From Octopus sinensis (lineage: Eukaryota), in assembly GCF_006345805.1 (NCBI RefSeq), contig NC_043004.1, positions 74,710,001 to 74,774,000 on the forward strand: a stretch of DNA of 64,000 nt, given 5' to 3'. The notes beneath the pieces were generated by a model. The model had not been told where the DNA came from and made no database searches. It worked only from the letters and a program-made list of their open reading frames with translations. Every line of letters starts with the position of its first letter. The stretch's first letter is position 1. Shown here piece by piece: positions 34,001 to 47,000 of the stretch. Both the position numbers and the translations under genes were made by a program.

Positions 34001-37000
34001 TGACCGAAGGGGGTCATTTACAATTTTAAAAGGAGGACATATTTGATAATGTCGATGATGATGATGATCTTAGATATATTATGCCTGAAAACAAAGATGG
34101 GTAATCATGGCTAGAATGCTTATCCACAGGATCAAAACTGACCTAGGGTTACACAATAACAGCTAGATGAATATAGCAGTGCTCCAGCATGGCCAAGTCA
34201 AATGACTGAGACAAGTAAAAGAATAAAAGAACAGCTGAATTTAAAAGAATATTGGAAACGAAAATCCCTTACCTAATCGCATCTTCTCAACTGTTGCACT
34301 GTCCATAAAAGAAGCCAAGGCCTTTGACAACGCAAATCAAATGGACCCAGCCTGACTGGTGTGGCCACCACCTTCGACAGTAGCTTCCACATCAACTTCT
34401 CCAATTTTCTTCACAAACTGAAGTGGATACAGCAATTGGGCTCTAAATAAATAAAAATAGTTTTTATAGTCAGATACACTGCCAGATCAGACTGGGCCTG
34501 GTGCAGCCTCCTGGCTTCCAGACCCCAGTCGAACCGTCCAACCCATGCTAGCATGGAAAGCAGACGTTAAACGATAATGATGATGATGATAATGATAAGA
34601 GGGTGGATGAAATCCAACAGGGTGTGAATAAAACATCGACTTTAGTGAAGCATTATAAGCAAAGTGATTACAAATAAAAAGTGGAAGAATGGGATGATTG
34701 GGTGCAGCTGTTTGGACACTGGTGATGTGGTACAGCCAACTGGACACTGAGCCTGTTCTGAAGATAGTAGTTTCCGTCTACCAAATCCACTCACAAGGCA
34801 TTGGTCAGCCCGGGGCTATAGCAGAAGACACTTGCCCAAGATGCCACGCAGTGGGATTGAACCCGGAACCATGTGGTTGGTTAGCAAGCTACTTTATTTT
34901 AATAATTTGCCACTAGGGCAGCACACAGAGTAGCTGCGGGCTGGACAAGGACATTAATGGATGATGGTGGTGGTTGATGAAGATGGTGATGGGAGAAGTC
35001 AGAAAGCGCCCGCCGACTTTGCTTCTCTAAAACAATGTTCTTCTTTTTTCAATAATTTACAAAATTTCAAAAATTACAAAAATTCAAAAAATTTTCACAA
35101 AAATTTCAATTTACAATTTACACTTTTAAAAGTCTCTTCAGAGGCAATAAACCTCTGTCACAATGTAACACAATTACAATTTACGTTACCCGACCGATGA
35201 ACTCTCTTGCTTTAATGACGCAATCGTCCATCGTCAGGCTTCCGCATACAGGTATGACTTGCAAGAGATCCTCCGGGAAAGAATTCTCGATCCTGCACAT
35301 ATCATTTTCGAGTAGGACCTCCGCAGCCAGCTGCGAAGGCCACTCGGGATACTCCATGCAGGACCGAAGTCCTTCCCATTGGTTTCTCTTCCTCATCTTA
35401 CCTATTTCGTTTTCTACAGTGCCTCCTTTATGGAAGAGGACTACATAAAATTTCTCCGGCATCACAACCGCCGGAGGACACATGGGAGACGCCGTCTGGG
35501 TGTTACAGTCCGCTGGTGGCGTCCCGTTCCTCTTTTTCTTTTTCTTTTTACGCTGGGCCTCGGGAGGTTGAGGTTCCGGTGCTATACGCACCGGGTCCTC
35601 TTTTTCTTCCGCAGCCTCCGGTTCCTTTGGTGGGTCGCCATTGCTCCCCACTTTTCTTTTTCTTCTTTTGGAGGAGGATTTTTCCCCCTCCTCACTTTGT
35701 TTCTCTCCCTCCATTGGTGGGGCAGGGAGAGGCTCTGATATTAACTTCTCCAGGATCCTACTCTGGTTCCTGGGGCAGTTTTTCTTAATGTGGCCGGTCT
35801 CCGAACACAGGTGACACAGGCGTCCCACAAGCATCACCGGATACTTGGACCCGGCCATCTTCAAGAAGTCCGGCAAAACCAGACTCTTGGCCGACTGGGT
35901 CCACAGAGTCAAAGTAGCCTTTGCCCCTTCCCAGTCAGCCGCAGGCTGCATTCTCACGTTCAAGATCTTGGCGCTACCACCACTCAGACCCCGGCGGATG
36001 GAATCTTCCACCCACTCAGGCTCAAAGCCGGGCGGCAGGCCGCAGACCCATAATCGTATCAATTTTTCCCCCTTATAGCTTGGGAGAAACAGAATCTCTT
36101 CGCCCTCAATGGGCTTACTCGCGAAATCGCAAGCTGCTTTAGGGGAGTCAAACAGCAACCAAATCGTTGCGTATTTGGCTCCCCGTTGAATATGTTTAAC
36201 GGCTGGCATATAGTCTGCCAGCTCGTTCATAATGGTGGCTTTCGGGAAAACCATTATGGTATCGAGCGACCTCGAATATGTCCTCAACACCACGGTTCTG
36301 TCCTCGAGCTCCTTTAAGTACTTTTTGGGAGGTGTCAATTCCCACACAGTGAAATTCCTTGTCATAACGTAAGAAAAACAGTTCAAAATGTTACAAAATA
36401 AATTAGACACAGAAAGGAGAATGAAAAAAGCAACAGAAGGGAAGAAATAAAATTAAAATGGCAGTTCAAAAAAAGTTCTTTTTTTTTACAAATGAATGAT
36501 AGACGGAGAAAGAGAGTTCAAATTCAGACAAAGGAATTAATTTTTCTTTTTTTTTTTGTTCACTTTTTCGGCCAAATACACTGTTGGTAAAACACCTTGG
36601 TAAAATAATCCTTGGTAAATCCCGTGGATAACACAACGACAATTTCAAAAATAATTTTTGCAGACGGACTACGCCGCCTCAAAAACACAATTTTCTTTAC
36701 ACTCGACAACAGGCAGAAAATTTATATCCGGAGCAAAGTGGAGCCTTATTATCTGCTAAAAAAATATTTAATGCTAAAAAACATTAATGCAAGTGATAAA
36801 ACTTCACTTCGCTCGCAAAAATACAAAATGCCTACCTGCAGTCGAGTCGAAAGTTCAACAATTCACGTTGAAACAACGTGGCATCTGGAGCAGCAAAATA
36901 ACACGTCCGAACAGTTCAGAGGTTAGCAAAGCTACTTACCACACAGCCACTCCTGCGCCTATATATATATATATATATATATTTTATATAATATTCTTTA

Positions 37001-37227
37001 TGTTTTTTTCTTTTATCACCTATTAGACTTACTTCCCTTATATTTAACGGATTTTTATAGCTTCTGTTGCCATTAATAGCTGACAAGAATGTACCATAGC
37101 TCTTCACTCCAGCATTCGAAACTCTGAGTACTATAATGACAACCTTTTACTGTTTATTCTAAATTATACCATATATAAACAACCCTCTATTTCTCTAATA
37201 TCTACGTCTCATTCTTTTGTTGTTACA

Positions 37228-37268
<41 letters not shown>

Positions 37269-40200
37269 CTATATGCATGCACACACACATATATGTATGC
37301 ATGTGTACTCTTGTTGAGACATGACATGATGATCGTAAATGAGTGTCACTGTCACACAAGCAGTGTTGTTCACTTCCAATATTCTGCAAAGAAAGGGTTC
37401 GGCCATGGGGAAACATTATCTTTCTTAGAAACCGATGAGGGTTGGCAACAGGGAGGGAGGGGGGTCTGGCTGTAGAAGATCTGCAAGGCTGGATTAGAAT
37501 GGAGAAAGGAACAATTTGAGACAAGGAAAAAAACTATTCTTACCTTGATGATTTCGATCTAAAGTAAAGTAAGTCTTGACCATTGATTGTAAACTTCCCA
37601 CTGCCTTGAATCCACAGTGTAAGAGAAGTCAGACAGGATTTTCTTTTTCCTGGGAAGAAAATAAAATGACCTTACAAAAATGTGAACTCGGAATATATTT
37701 TAACAAAATCATACTCTTTATTGTCATCATCATCATCATCATCATCCTCACCATTATAGTAACATTTGTTTTACCAAGGTGACATGGTTTGGGCTAGGTC
37801 ATCAATACAACCATTCTGTTCATGTGTGTGTTTTGTCACGGCCATTCTGGTGCTACCTAATCGGTACTGCTGAGATGACACTGATTTATTTGGTGTCAGA
37901 CTTTTCAATGTTTCTGTCCTTCTCTCTCTCTCTCTGTTTGTGTATGCGCATTTACTTCGTTTATCATCATCATCATCATTTAATGTCTATTTTCCATGCT
38001 GACAAGCCTGAGGGTTGCACCAGGCACGCTTTCTACGTCTGGATGCCCTTCCTAATGCCAACAACTTTACACAGTGTACAGGGTGCCTTTTATGTGGCGC
38101 CAGCACCCACAGGGTCACCAAGTAGTCTGCAAGAGGAGGACCTCTCAGCTCAGTGAAGGAGAGGAAGTGAGAGAAGTGGCCATGTATCATGCAAGAGGTT
38201 GGTGCATGACAGAGGGACAGGAATAGCTGTCTTACTACAGAGAAAATGCTCGGCAGTCTCTATCTGTTTGTGTATATTTCCAGGCACCAAAAATTACTGT
38301 CACCCAAACATGTTGAATGTCCAGTCAACTGTGCCAAATCTTCAGCACCAAAACAGCCATGCCAAATCATCTCATTCGGTCTCTCTCTTTATATTCTCTT
38401 GTGTCATCTTGTCCATGACAGCCAATGTTCTCAGATCTGAGCATACTACTATTTCTCAGTAGCATATTCATCATCATCATCACCATCATCGTTTAACATC
38501 TGTTTTCCATGCTGGCATGGGTTGGACGGTTTGACTGGGGTCTGGCAAGCCAAGAAGCCACACCAGGCTCCAATCTGATCTGGCAATGTTTCTACAGTGT
38601 AGGGGGTGCTTTTTACGTGCCACTGACACAGGAGCCAGACGAGGCGAGGGGGCTGGCACCGACCATGTTCAGATTGTGCTCTTTACATGCCACCAGCACA
38701 GGAGCCAGTCAGACAGCGCTGGCACTGTCCATGTTCAGATGGTGCTTTTTACGTGTCACTGGCACAGGAGCCAGTTGTGGCAAGTGGGGCTGGTACCGAC
38801 CACGTTCAGATGGTACTTTTGATGTGCCACCAACAGAGCCAGTCAGGTGGCATTGGCAATTACCGAAGCATGAATGGTGCTTATTGCATGCCACCAGCAT
38901 GGGAGCCAGTCAGGCAGCACTGGCATCAGCCACAATTACAATTTCCATTTGATTGTGGTTTGATTTGATTTTGATGTATTGTTCCTACCAGCAATTAATA
39001 CTTATGTACCAGTTGCCAGGAATGTGTTTAATATGTAAAAATTGGTCCATTCAATTAGTGTCACACTGCTAAACTTAGTGGCTATCTTAAGCAATGTGTT
39101 CAGGAATGGTTAATGGATTAGAAGTGAGACTGAAGAAAGAGCAACAACTCCTGAAATATGCATATACTCCCAGTACCTATTCTTCTATCTTCAATCACAT
39201 TGTTTACACAGATGTATTCATATAGATAAAAAAAACATCATAACTTTCAGTGTTGGCTCTAATTTCTACAGAAAATCTGGAGAATATAAATTTAAATGAG
39301 TACTGTTTCTGTTTCCTTCACCCTGCCTCCCTAACATCCCAACATCTGTTCTCTCCATCATTAATTCATCACCCATTTTTATGCATTTTTTGATGGAGTA
39401 TTTATGTATCATTTACCCGGTATTTATATATCATTGTTTACATTACAACTTGTCTCTACCCAAATATTCCTTGCATTAGCCAAAACTTTAAATATCTAAC
39501 CACTTCATCAACTCATCTCTGCTCAGCCTTTCTTAGGACATCTGACACACTTAAAGGACCATAAGAAAATTCCTTAAGAGTTTGTAACGTTTAAAGCGAA
39601 TTCTTTCTTTATTGGCCACAAGGGCTGTGATAACATTTAAGACAATACTAAGACAAAGAACAATGAGGATTTACATGGAAAAATGCAAACAATAAAGCAA
39701 CAATAATTTGCAAAAACATCTTAACAAGCAAAATCCCCAATAGGGAGGAATATGTCACCCAGGGGTAACCAAGGAACCTCACAGATCCCAACCCACCCAA
39801 CTCAGGAAGAGTACGATGGCAAAAGCTCTCCTCTCCTCCATATTCCTCAGCCAATTGGCACTAGCTTAGAGTCAGCTCACTTACTCAAATCCTGCTAACC
39901 AAATTCACCCACCTTCCAACAAATTTACAGGGTAACAACAGCACATTCCTCTCAAACCACACTTTTTTTTTCATTGAAATGAAATTCTAAAAAGTTGATG
40001 AGGCTGAAGAGGAAAATGTCTGTCTTCAGTCTTTTTAGTTTCATCCGCTCAATAACCACTTTTGCCATTAACCACAAAAGACATACTTCCCAACCAAAGG
40101 AAGTTGATGGAGTTGGCCAATAGATGGATTTCTCCACCACCATAACTCCACAAGTTAGCAATTCTCAAATGCTGTACAAGCACATGCAGGGCAGTTTCAT

Positions 40201-43200
40201 CGCTCTGTGCACATCAAGGGCAAATATGGCTGTCAGCACTACAATGCCTGTAGAGCCTATACCGAACTGGCAATGCCCTCAGGAGCACTTTCAGGCCAAG
40301 AATTTCTGGATATTATTCATGGACATCTGACCCAAAAGTCCTTCAGAAAAGAGCAACCAGTTGATCTTCATCAACATCCAGAGTTTCTCCTTGTCACTCT
40401 TGCCCACCACTGATCCTCTACAGAACACCATGGTGGACCATTTACCAACTGCATAGCCTGACTGACAGAGGAATGTGAACGCTTGATGGCACCCAAACTG
40501 CAGCTCAATCGAAGTCTTAGGCTGAGGAAAAGCATGTTGAACAAACACTAACCAGCCCTACTCACTAACAAGGAAACACTGGAGATGCTGTAGCTTCAGT
40601 GTATGTCTGCCCGTTATTAGCCACATGTTCAGTCCTTCATCTATCAGATGCCGACAGCAAGTGGACCATCTGACTAGTAGGACACGTTCCCTCCACAAAA
40701 TGTAAAAGAGCAAATGCTCCTATTTGGTCAGCCATGAAGAAGGGGCACAGCAAGATGGTCAAGTGAGAATAGATGACTAATGCAATGTAAGCATTCGCCA
40801 GCTCTGCCTGGCCCTTCAGGGATAGTTTCTTCTCAGCCCATTTGTGGATGAGACTGGCCACTCTGCACATTACTGTTTCTTGTCCACTTGGAGGGCTAGA
40901 TCAAACCAAACCCAAAGCAGCTTGACCTGTCCATCTGCCCAGTGCAACAACACCATTGAACATTATGGAACTGCATCTCCAGTGCCAAATTGTAGGATCA
41001 ACTCTTGCTTAATTTTTGTACCTGTCACTACTTTGTATTTCCTCAGAGTACTGCCAATGACCTCAATGCCACCTTCAGGACAGCCACCAAGTACTGATGG
41101 TCAACCCTACCAAAAGCTTTTGACTGATCCAAATTGATCAAGGCCCCATCTTTGCCAGGTTCTTTACCACTCCTTCCTTTCTATGATGTGTCTCATGAGG
41201 TGGAGGCCAACATCGATACATCTGTTTAGTATGGCCATAATGTAATTAAACAGTATAATAAAAAAAAAAAACACAAATAAAATACACATCTACATGTGGG
41301 TGAAGAGTCACTCCCTGTTTTTGCTGAAGGTCCTCCACAACTCTAACTGCCTTCCATTTCTATATACACCTCATCCAGGCACTGATGACTGTCAGCCTCA
41401 AAAAGGGCTCATGAGTGAGTGAGTGATCTTCATCATCATCCTTTTAACATTTTCCCCATGCTTGCATGGATCAGATGGAGCTTACTGAGGTAGACTTTCT
41501 AAGGTAGGATGGCCTTCCTGTCACCAACTTTCGCTTTCACAGGAGACTAAAAATGTAGGACACTGCTTGTATGATAGTGACGATCATGTACAATTATCAC
41601 ATGAAGTCAGGACAAGAACACACACACACACACATACAAGCTTCCATACAGTTTCCATCCACTCAAAAAGTTTTAGTCGACCTGGGGCTATAGTAGAAGA
41701 CATTTGCCCAAGCCAAGGTGTCACCCAGTGGAAGTTGAACCCATAACCATGAAGTTGGAAAGGAAGCTTCTTAACCACACAGCCACACCTCTATCTATTA
41801 TGATAAATCAGTGGAAATTATTTCAAATACAGACCAGAACTTAAGTAGAAAAAACAAAATCATTGTTGGACCTTACCTACAGTTTTTACATACTGGCGAC
41901 CATCTTCATCAATAAGAGGCTGAAATAAGAACAAACATATATATTTCTGAGGAGGACCAAAACAAATATTTTCCATCACTGCAAAAGCTTAATTTATTTA
42001 CCTTGAGTTAAGTCATACTGACAATTTCTAAAAGGAATGAAATGGTGCTATACATGTTTACCTATGACCAGTAAGTTTAAGACTTTCCTAATAAGTAAGC
42101 AAAAAGAAAATTACATATGTATGTTCTATGCATCTTCTTCCTTATTCTTCAATACTTATTCTTTAATCTAATGAAGAAACGATTATCTCCCTTGTACTAA
42201 TTATCCACGAGGAGAATCCTCATGTTTGGTTTAATCAACAACTGGTGAAACAAACGACTGCATTTTAATGGCAGATAAAATTAATTTTAATCCTATTTAA
42301 ACATATTTTTCTTTCAATCACTGTCATATTTTAAAACAGTTCAAAAATGGTAAGAATTGATTTGCCGTAAAGAATATAAAAATTTAAATATTTTGAATAG
42401 TAACCGTCTTTACAGAAGTTTTGCATAAAATTAATTTTAATGATAACATTGAACACATTGTAATTAAAAAAAAAACGAAGGAGAAAACTTTTCAAATATA
42501 AATAAAGTGGAAGCATACAAAAATAAACATTATTCTCCATCTTTCTGTGAATTTTGTTTCATTTTGAAAAATAAAAAAATTATTTTATGGTTTATTATTG
42601 TTTACATTTTGAACCATTTATGTATACTTGAGGGCACCAAAACCTTTTAAGTGCTTAGGGCCTCTATGGGACTTAATCTGGCTCTGTTTTTACCTATCAA
42701 AGGAGCTACAAGCACTTCACATGATGGAACTTCCATCTACCAAATCCGCTCACAAGGTTTTGGTCAGCTGAGGCAATAGTAGAAGACACTTGCCCGAGGT
42801 GCCATGTGTGGGATTGAACTGGGAACCATGCGATTGGGAGGCAAGCTTCTTACATAGATCATAAGTGTAATGTTTAAATGGAACATACAGTTTCAATTTG
42901 AATTTGTGAAAGCTGGTTTTCATATTTCTTTCTGTATTTTAAAATGAATTCCTCTTCTGTGGCGCTAAATTGCTGAGACACCAGACGTTCCATTAGATTA
43001 ATGAAGTTGTTATGCTGCAATGACAAGAATAAGACTCAAGACAATTCCTCTACAAAACAAAAATAACAGGAAGAACAATGAACCTTGTGTGTGTGTGAGT
43101 GTGTGTGTATGTACGTATATATATAAAGAAAATGAGATGACAAAGGAATAAATAATGAAATAATTATCTAATGAACTTCATTAGCTTACAGTTGTTTCTG

Positions 43201-44034
43201 CTCTAAGATGCAATGGACTCATAGTTGGGGTCCTGAGTAACACCTTATAACTTCATCAGAGCTACATATATATATATATGTATATATATGTCCATTTTTT
43301 TTTCCATCCTTGTTTTTGTATATATTCGCTGTTTCTTCCAAGGAATCTAATGCTCTTAGCTTAGTTTTTCCTTGGGGCTGGCCAAATTGGAGCAATCTCA
43401 AGTATAATCAGCCAAAATTGCAAAGATAATCTGGTACTTGACTGAGGAAAGAAAACTTTGAATGACCTGTCAGAAAGCTTTAGCAGAAGACTGTTGCCCA
43501 CAGTGGCACTGAGCCTGAAGCCATGGGGCTGGGAAGCTAACTTCTTAACCACACAGCTACACCTGCACCCACACACACATGTATGGAACATAGACATGAA
43601 ATGATGATGACAAACAAAGACTTAGAAACTTACATGCATACATATGTATGTGTGTGTTTATAAATGTATGATGAATTCCAGCATTACATAATCACACTTT
43701 GAAGTAATACTTTGGTGAACTTATCACATCATCATCATCATCATCTACGTTTTTCTTATTTAAGTAGAAAATATTAAAAAATTTCAAATAGGCCAGGTTT
43801 CACTGATCAAAACACCTTTGATTTAGAACTCAAAACTCAAGCTAGAGCAACCATTTATTCAACCAATGAACTGAAAAGGTGGGCATTAGATAGGCGTAGG
43901 AATGGCTGTGTGGTAAATAGCTTGCTTACCAACCACATGGTTCTGAGTTCAGTCCCACTGCATGGCACCTTGGGCAAGTGTCTTCTACTAAAGCCTCAAG
44001 CCGACCAAAGCCTTGTGAGTGGATTTGGTAGACG

Positions 44035-44073
<39 letters not shown>

Positions 44074-47000
44074 TGTGTGTATATGTTTGTGTGTCTGTGT
44101 TTGTCACCCCAACATCGCATGACAACTGATGCTGGTGTGTTTACGTACCCGTAACTTAGCGGTTTGGCAAAAGAGATCGATAGAATAAGTACTAGGCTTA
44201 CAAAGAATAAGTCCTGCAGTCGATTTGCTCAACTAAAGGTGGTGTTCCAGCAAGCTCACAGTCAAATGATTGAAACAAGTTAAAGAGAGATTAGATGATC
44301 CCTCATTTTTGAACATAAAATGCAGAATATGAAATGTGTGTATCTTTACATTGACACTGCACGAAGGACCCTTTTCTGTTCACCAGATTTAGCACCTGTG
44401 GACTTCTGTCTCTTCCTCCAAGATGAAAATGCAGCTCAAAAATTGTTGTTTTAACATCGCTGTTGAGATGCAAAACGAATCACAGAAAGTCCTCAACTCG
44501 CTAACAGAAAACGACTTCCAGGTCACATTTTCAAAGTGGCTGGATCCCTGGGACTTGGGTATTGCTGAGCTAGGGGACTATTTCAAAAGAGACGATGTTA
44601 AAAATTGGGGAGATAAGTTATTTGTTATCAAACATAACTAGTCCTGGAATTTTTTGATACTATCTCATGTTCAAGTCCCCCATAAACAAAAATGTGCTGC
44701 TGTGCGGTAAGTAGCTTGCTTACCAACCACATGGTTCTGTGTTCAGTCCCAATGCATGGCACCTTGGTAAGTGTCTTCTACTATAGCCTCGGGCCAACCA
44801 AAGCATTGTGAGTGGATCTGGTAGACGGAAACTGAAAGAAGCCCGTCGTATATATATATATATATATGTATATTTGAACAAATCACAAGAAGTTTTTTTC
44901 TGTGACGTACGTATGACCATGTCAACACTCCTGCTTGGCGTTGTTTATCGTCCCCCAAATTATCATCAGGACACACAGCTTTGCAATATCCTCCGAGCTG
45001 CTGCCAGGAAAACAGCCAGTTATGTTTTTATTGCAGGCGATTTCAATCATCCTGAGATCAATTGGGAAACCTTCCATTGGCCACAGAGTGCAAACGATTT
45101 TGTTGAGCTTGTACTGGACTCAAACTGGTCACAAGTAGTCACCTCTCCAACAACAGGCGACAACACCTTGGACCTGCTCTTCACCACAACTCCTGAAGCG
45201 GTTATCAATTGCACTACGGAGGAACCTCTAGGTGACTCTGATCATGCTATGATCATCGCCAATCTGGCTCTTGTGGGCAACAAAAACCTGAACCATCTCC
45301 AATCTGCTTCCTTCGATTGGAAGAGAGCAGATTGGAACCTGTACCACACTGAACTACAGCACCCAAACTGGCGTGAATTCTACAACTCTGGAGATGTGAA
45401 TACTATACTCCAGAGTATCCTGGACTCAATATGGGCAGCATGTGCAGCATCAGTGCCACGTAAACAGAAAAAGAAGAACCGCCCCAAAAGGGCAATTTGG
45501 AAAACTTCAGCGGTCCGACTTGCCAGGAAGGAACGTCGGACTGAACGGGAATACAAGTTGCATAAATCAGACACCAACAGGAAGAAGCGGAATAAATCTT
45601 CCAACCATCTCAAGCAAGTGACAAAAAAAGCAGTGCTTGAATTTGAACAGTGCATAGCAGTCAATCCTGACAGCAAGGTTTTCTGGAAATATGTGCATTC
45701 AAAGAAGAGACATCACTCTCCAGTGGGCCCTCTTCGCAACCCTCACACAAACCAGATCACTGACGACCCCAAGGAATGCGCAGAACTCATTGCCGAGTGC
45801 TATGCAAACATATTCACTGTTGAAAGTCAAATGTACCATCTTCACCATCACTAACAGCAAATTCCATAACAACTATGGAATTTACACCTGCAATGCTGCG
45901 ACGTCACCTTCAAAATAAGCGCAACTATGCCTCCCCTGGTCTCGATGGAGTTACATACCTGCTTCTCAAACGTGGCAGGTACTTCCTTTTACACCAGCTT
46001 TCTATTTTCTTCCAGTACTGTCTCAACAATGGTGCTACTCCGGAGCAGTGGAAAACTGCCAGTGTCATTCCTCTGTTCAAAAAGGGCGACCGCACATCAG
46101 CTGTCAACTATCGCCCAGTCAGTCTCACTAGCTGTATTGCAAAACTGATGGAATCGTGTGTCAGAGAAACACTCTGGAACTTCTGGAGCTCTCACAGTCT
46201 CATCCGACCCTCACAATATGGATTTGTCCCTAACTCCAGCTGCAGTGATCAGCTTGTCGAGTTCCTTGAGGACATTACTCAGATCACTGACAGTGGCTCA
46301 TGGGTGGATGTTGTCTACCTTGACTTTGCTAAGGCTTTCAACTCTGTGCCACACAAAAGGCTTATGGTGAAACTCTCTGCAATGGGTGTGAGGGATGACC
46401 TTTTTAACTGGTTGAAATCCTTCATTCTCAGCCGAAAGGAGATAGTCACAGTTCTAGGACAGCATTCTACACCATATGATATGTCATCGGGTGTACCACA
46501 GGGATCTGTCCTTGGTCCCCTCTTGTTTGTGGCATACATTAATGACATAGATGCCAATTTAAAGAATGCCACAGTATTGAAATATGCAGACAACATCAAG
46601 CTGTACCTTGAAATCAAGAGGACAGATCCTGATGTCTACAACTCTTTCCTGCAATCAGACCTAGACACAATGCAGCAATGGATCACAGACTGGCAACTAA
46701 AACTGGCTGTGGACAAGTGAACCACTATGCATTTTGGGAGAAAAAACCCTGCGTCCACATACTCCCTCCACAACACTGATATCAAGAAATCCTCTTGCAA
46801 GCGTGACCTAGGCATCACTGTCAGCAGTGATTTGCGTTGGACAAAGCATATCTCTAAAATTGTCAAGAAGGCCAAGGGTGTCTTGGCATCACTCAGCAAG
46901 ACTTTTGTTAGCCGCTCTCCAGTCATCTATTTAAAACTGTATACAGCTATGGTACGACCACACTTGGAATTCGCATCATCAGTTTGGAACCCCTATCTTG

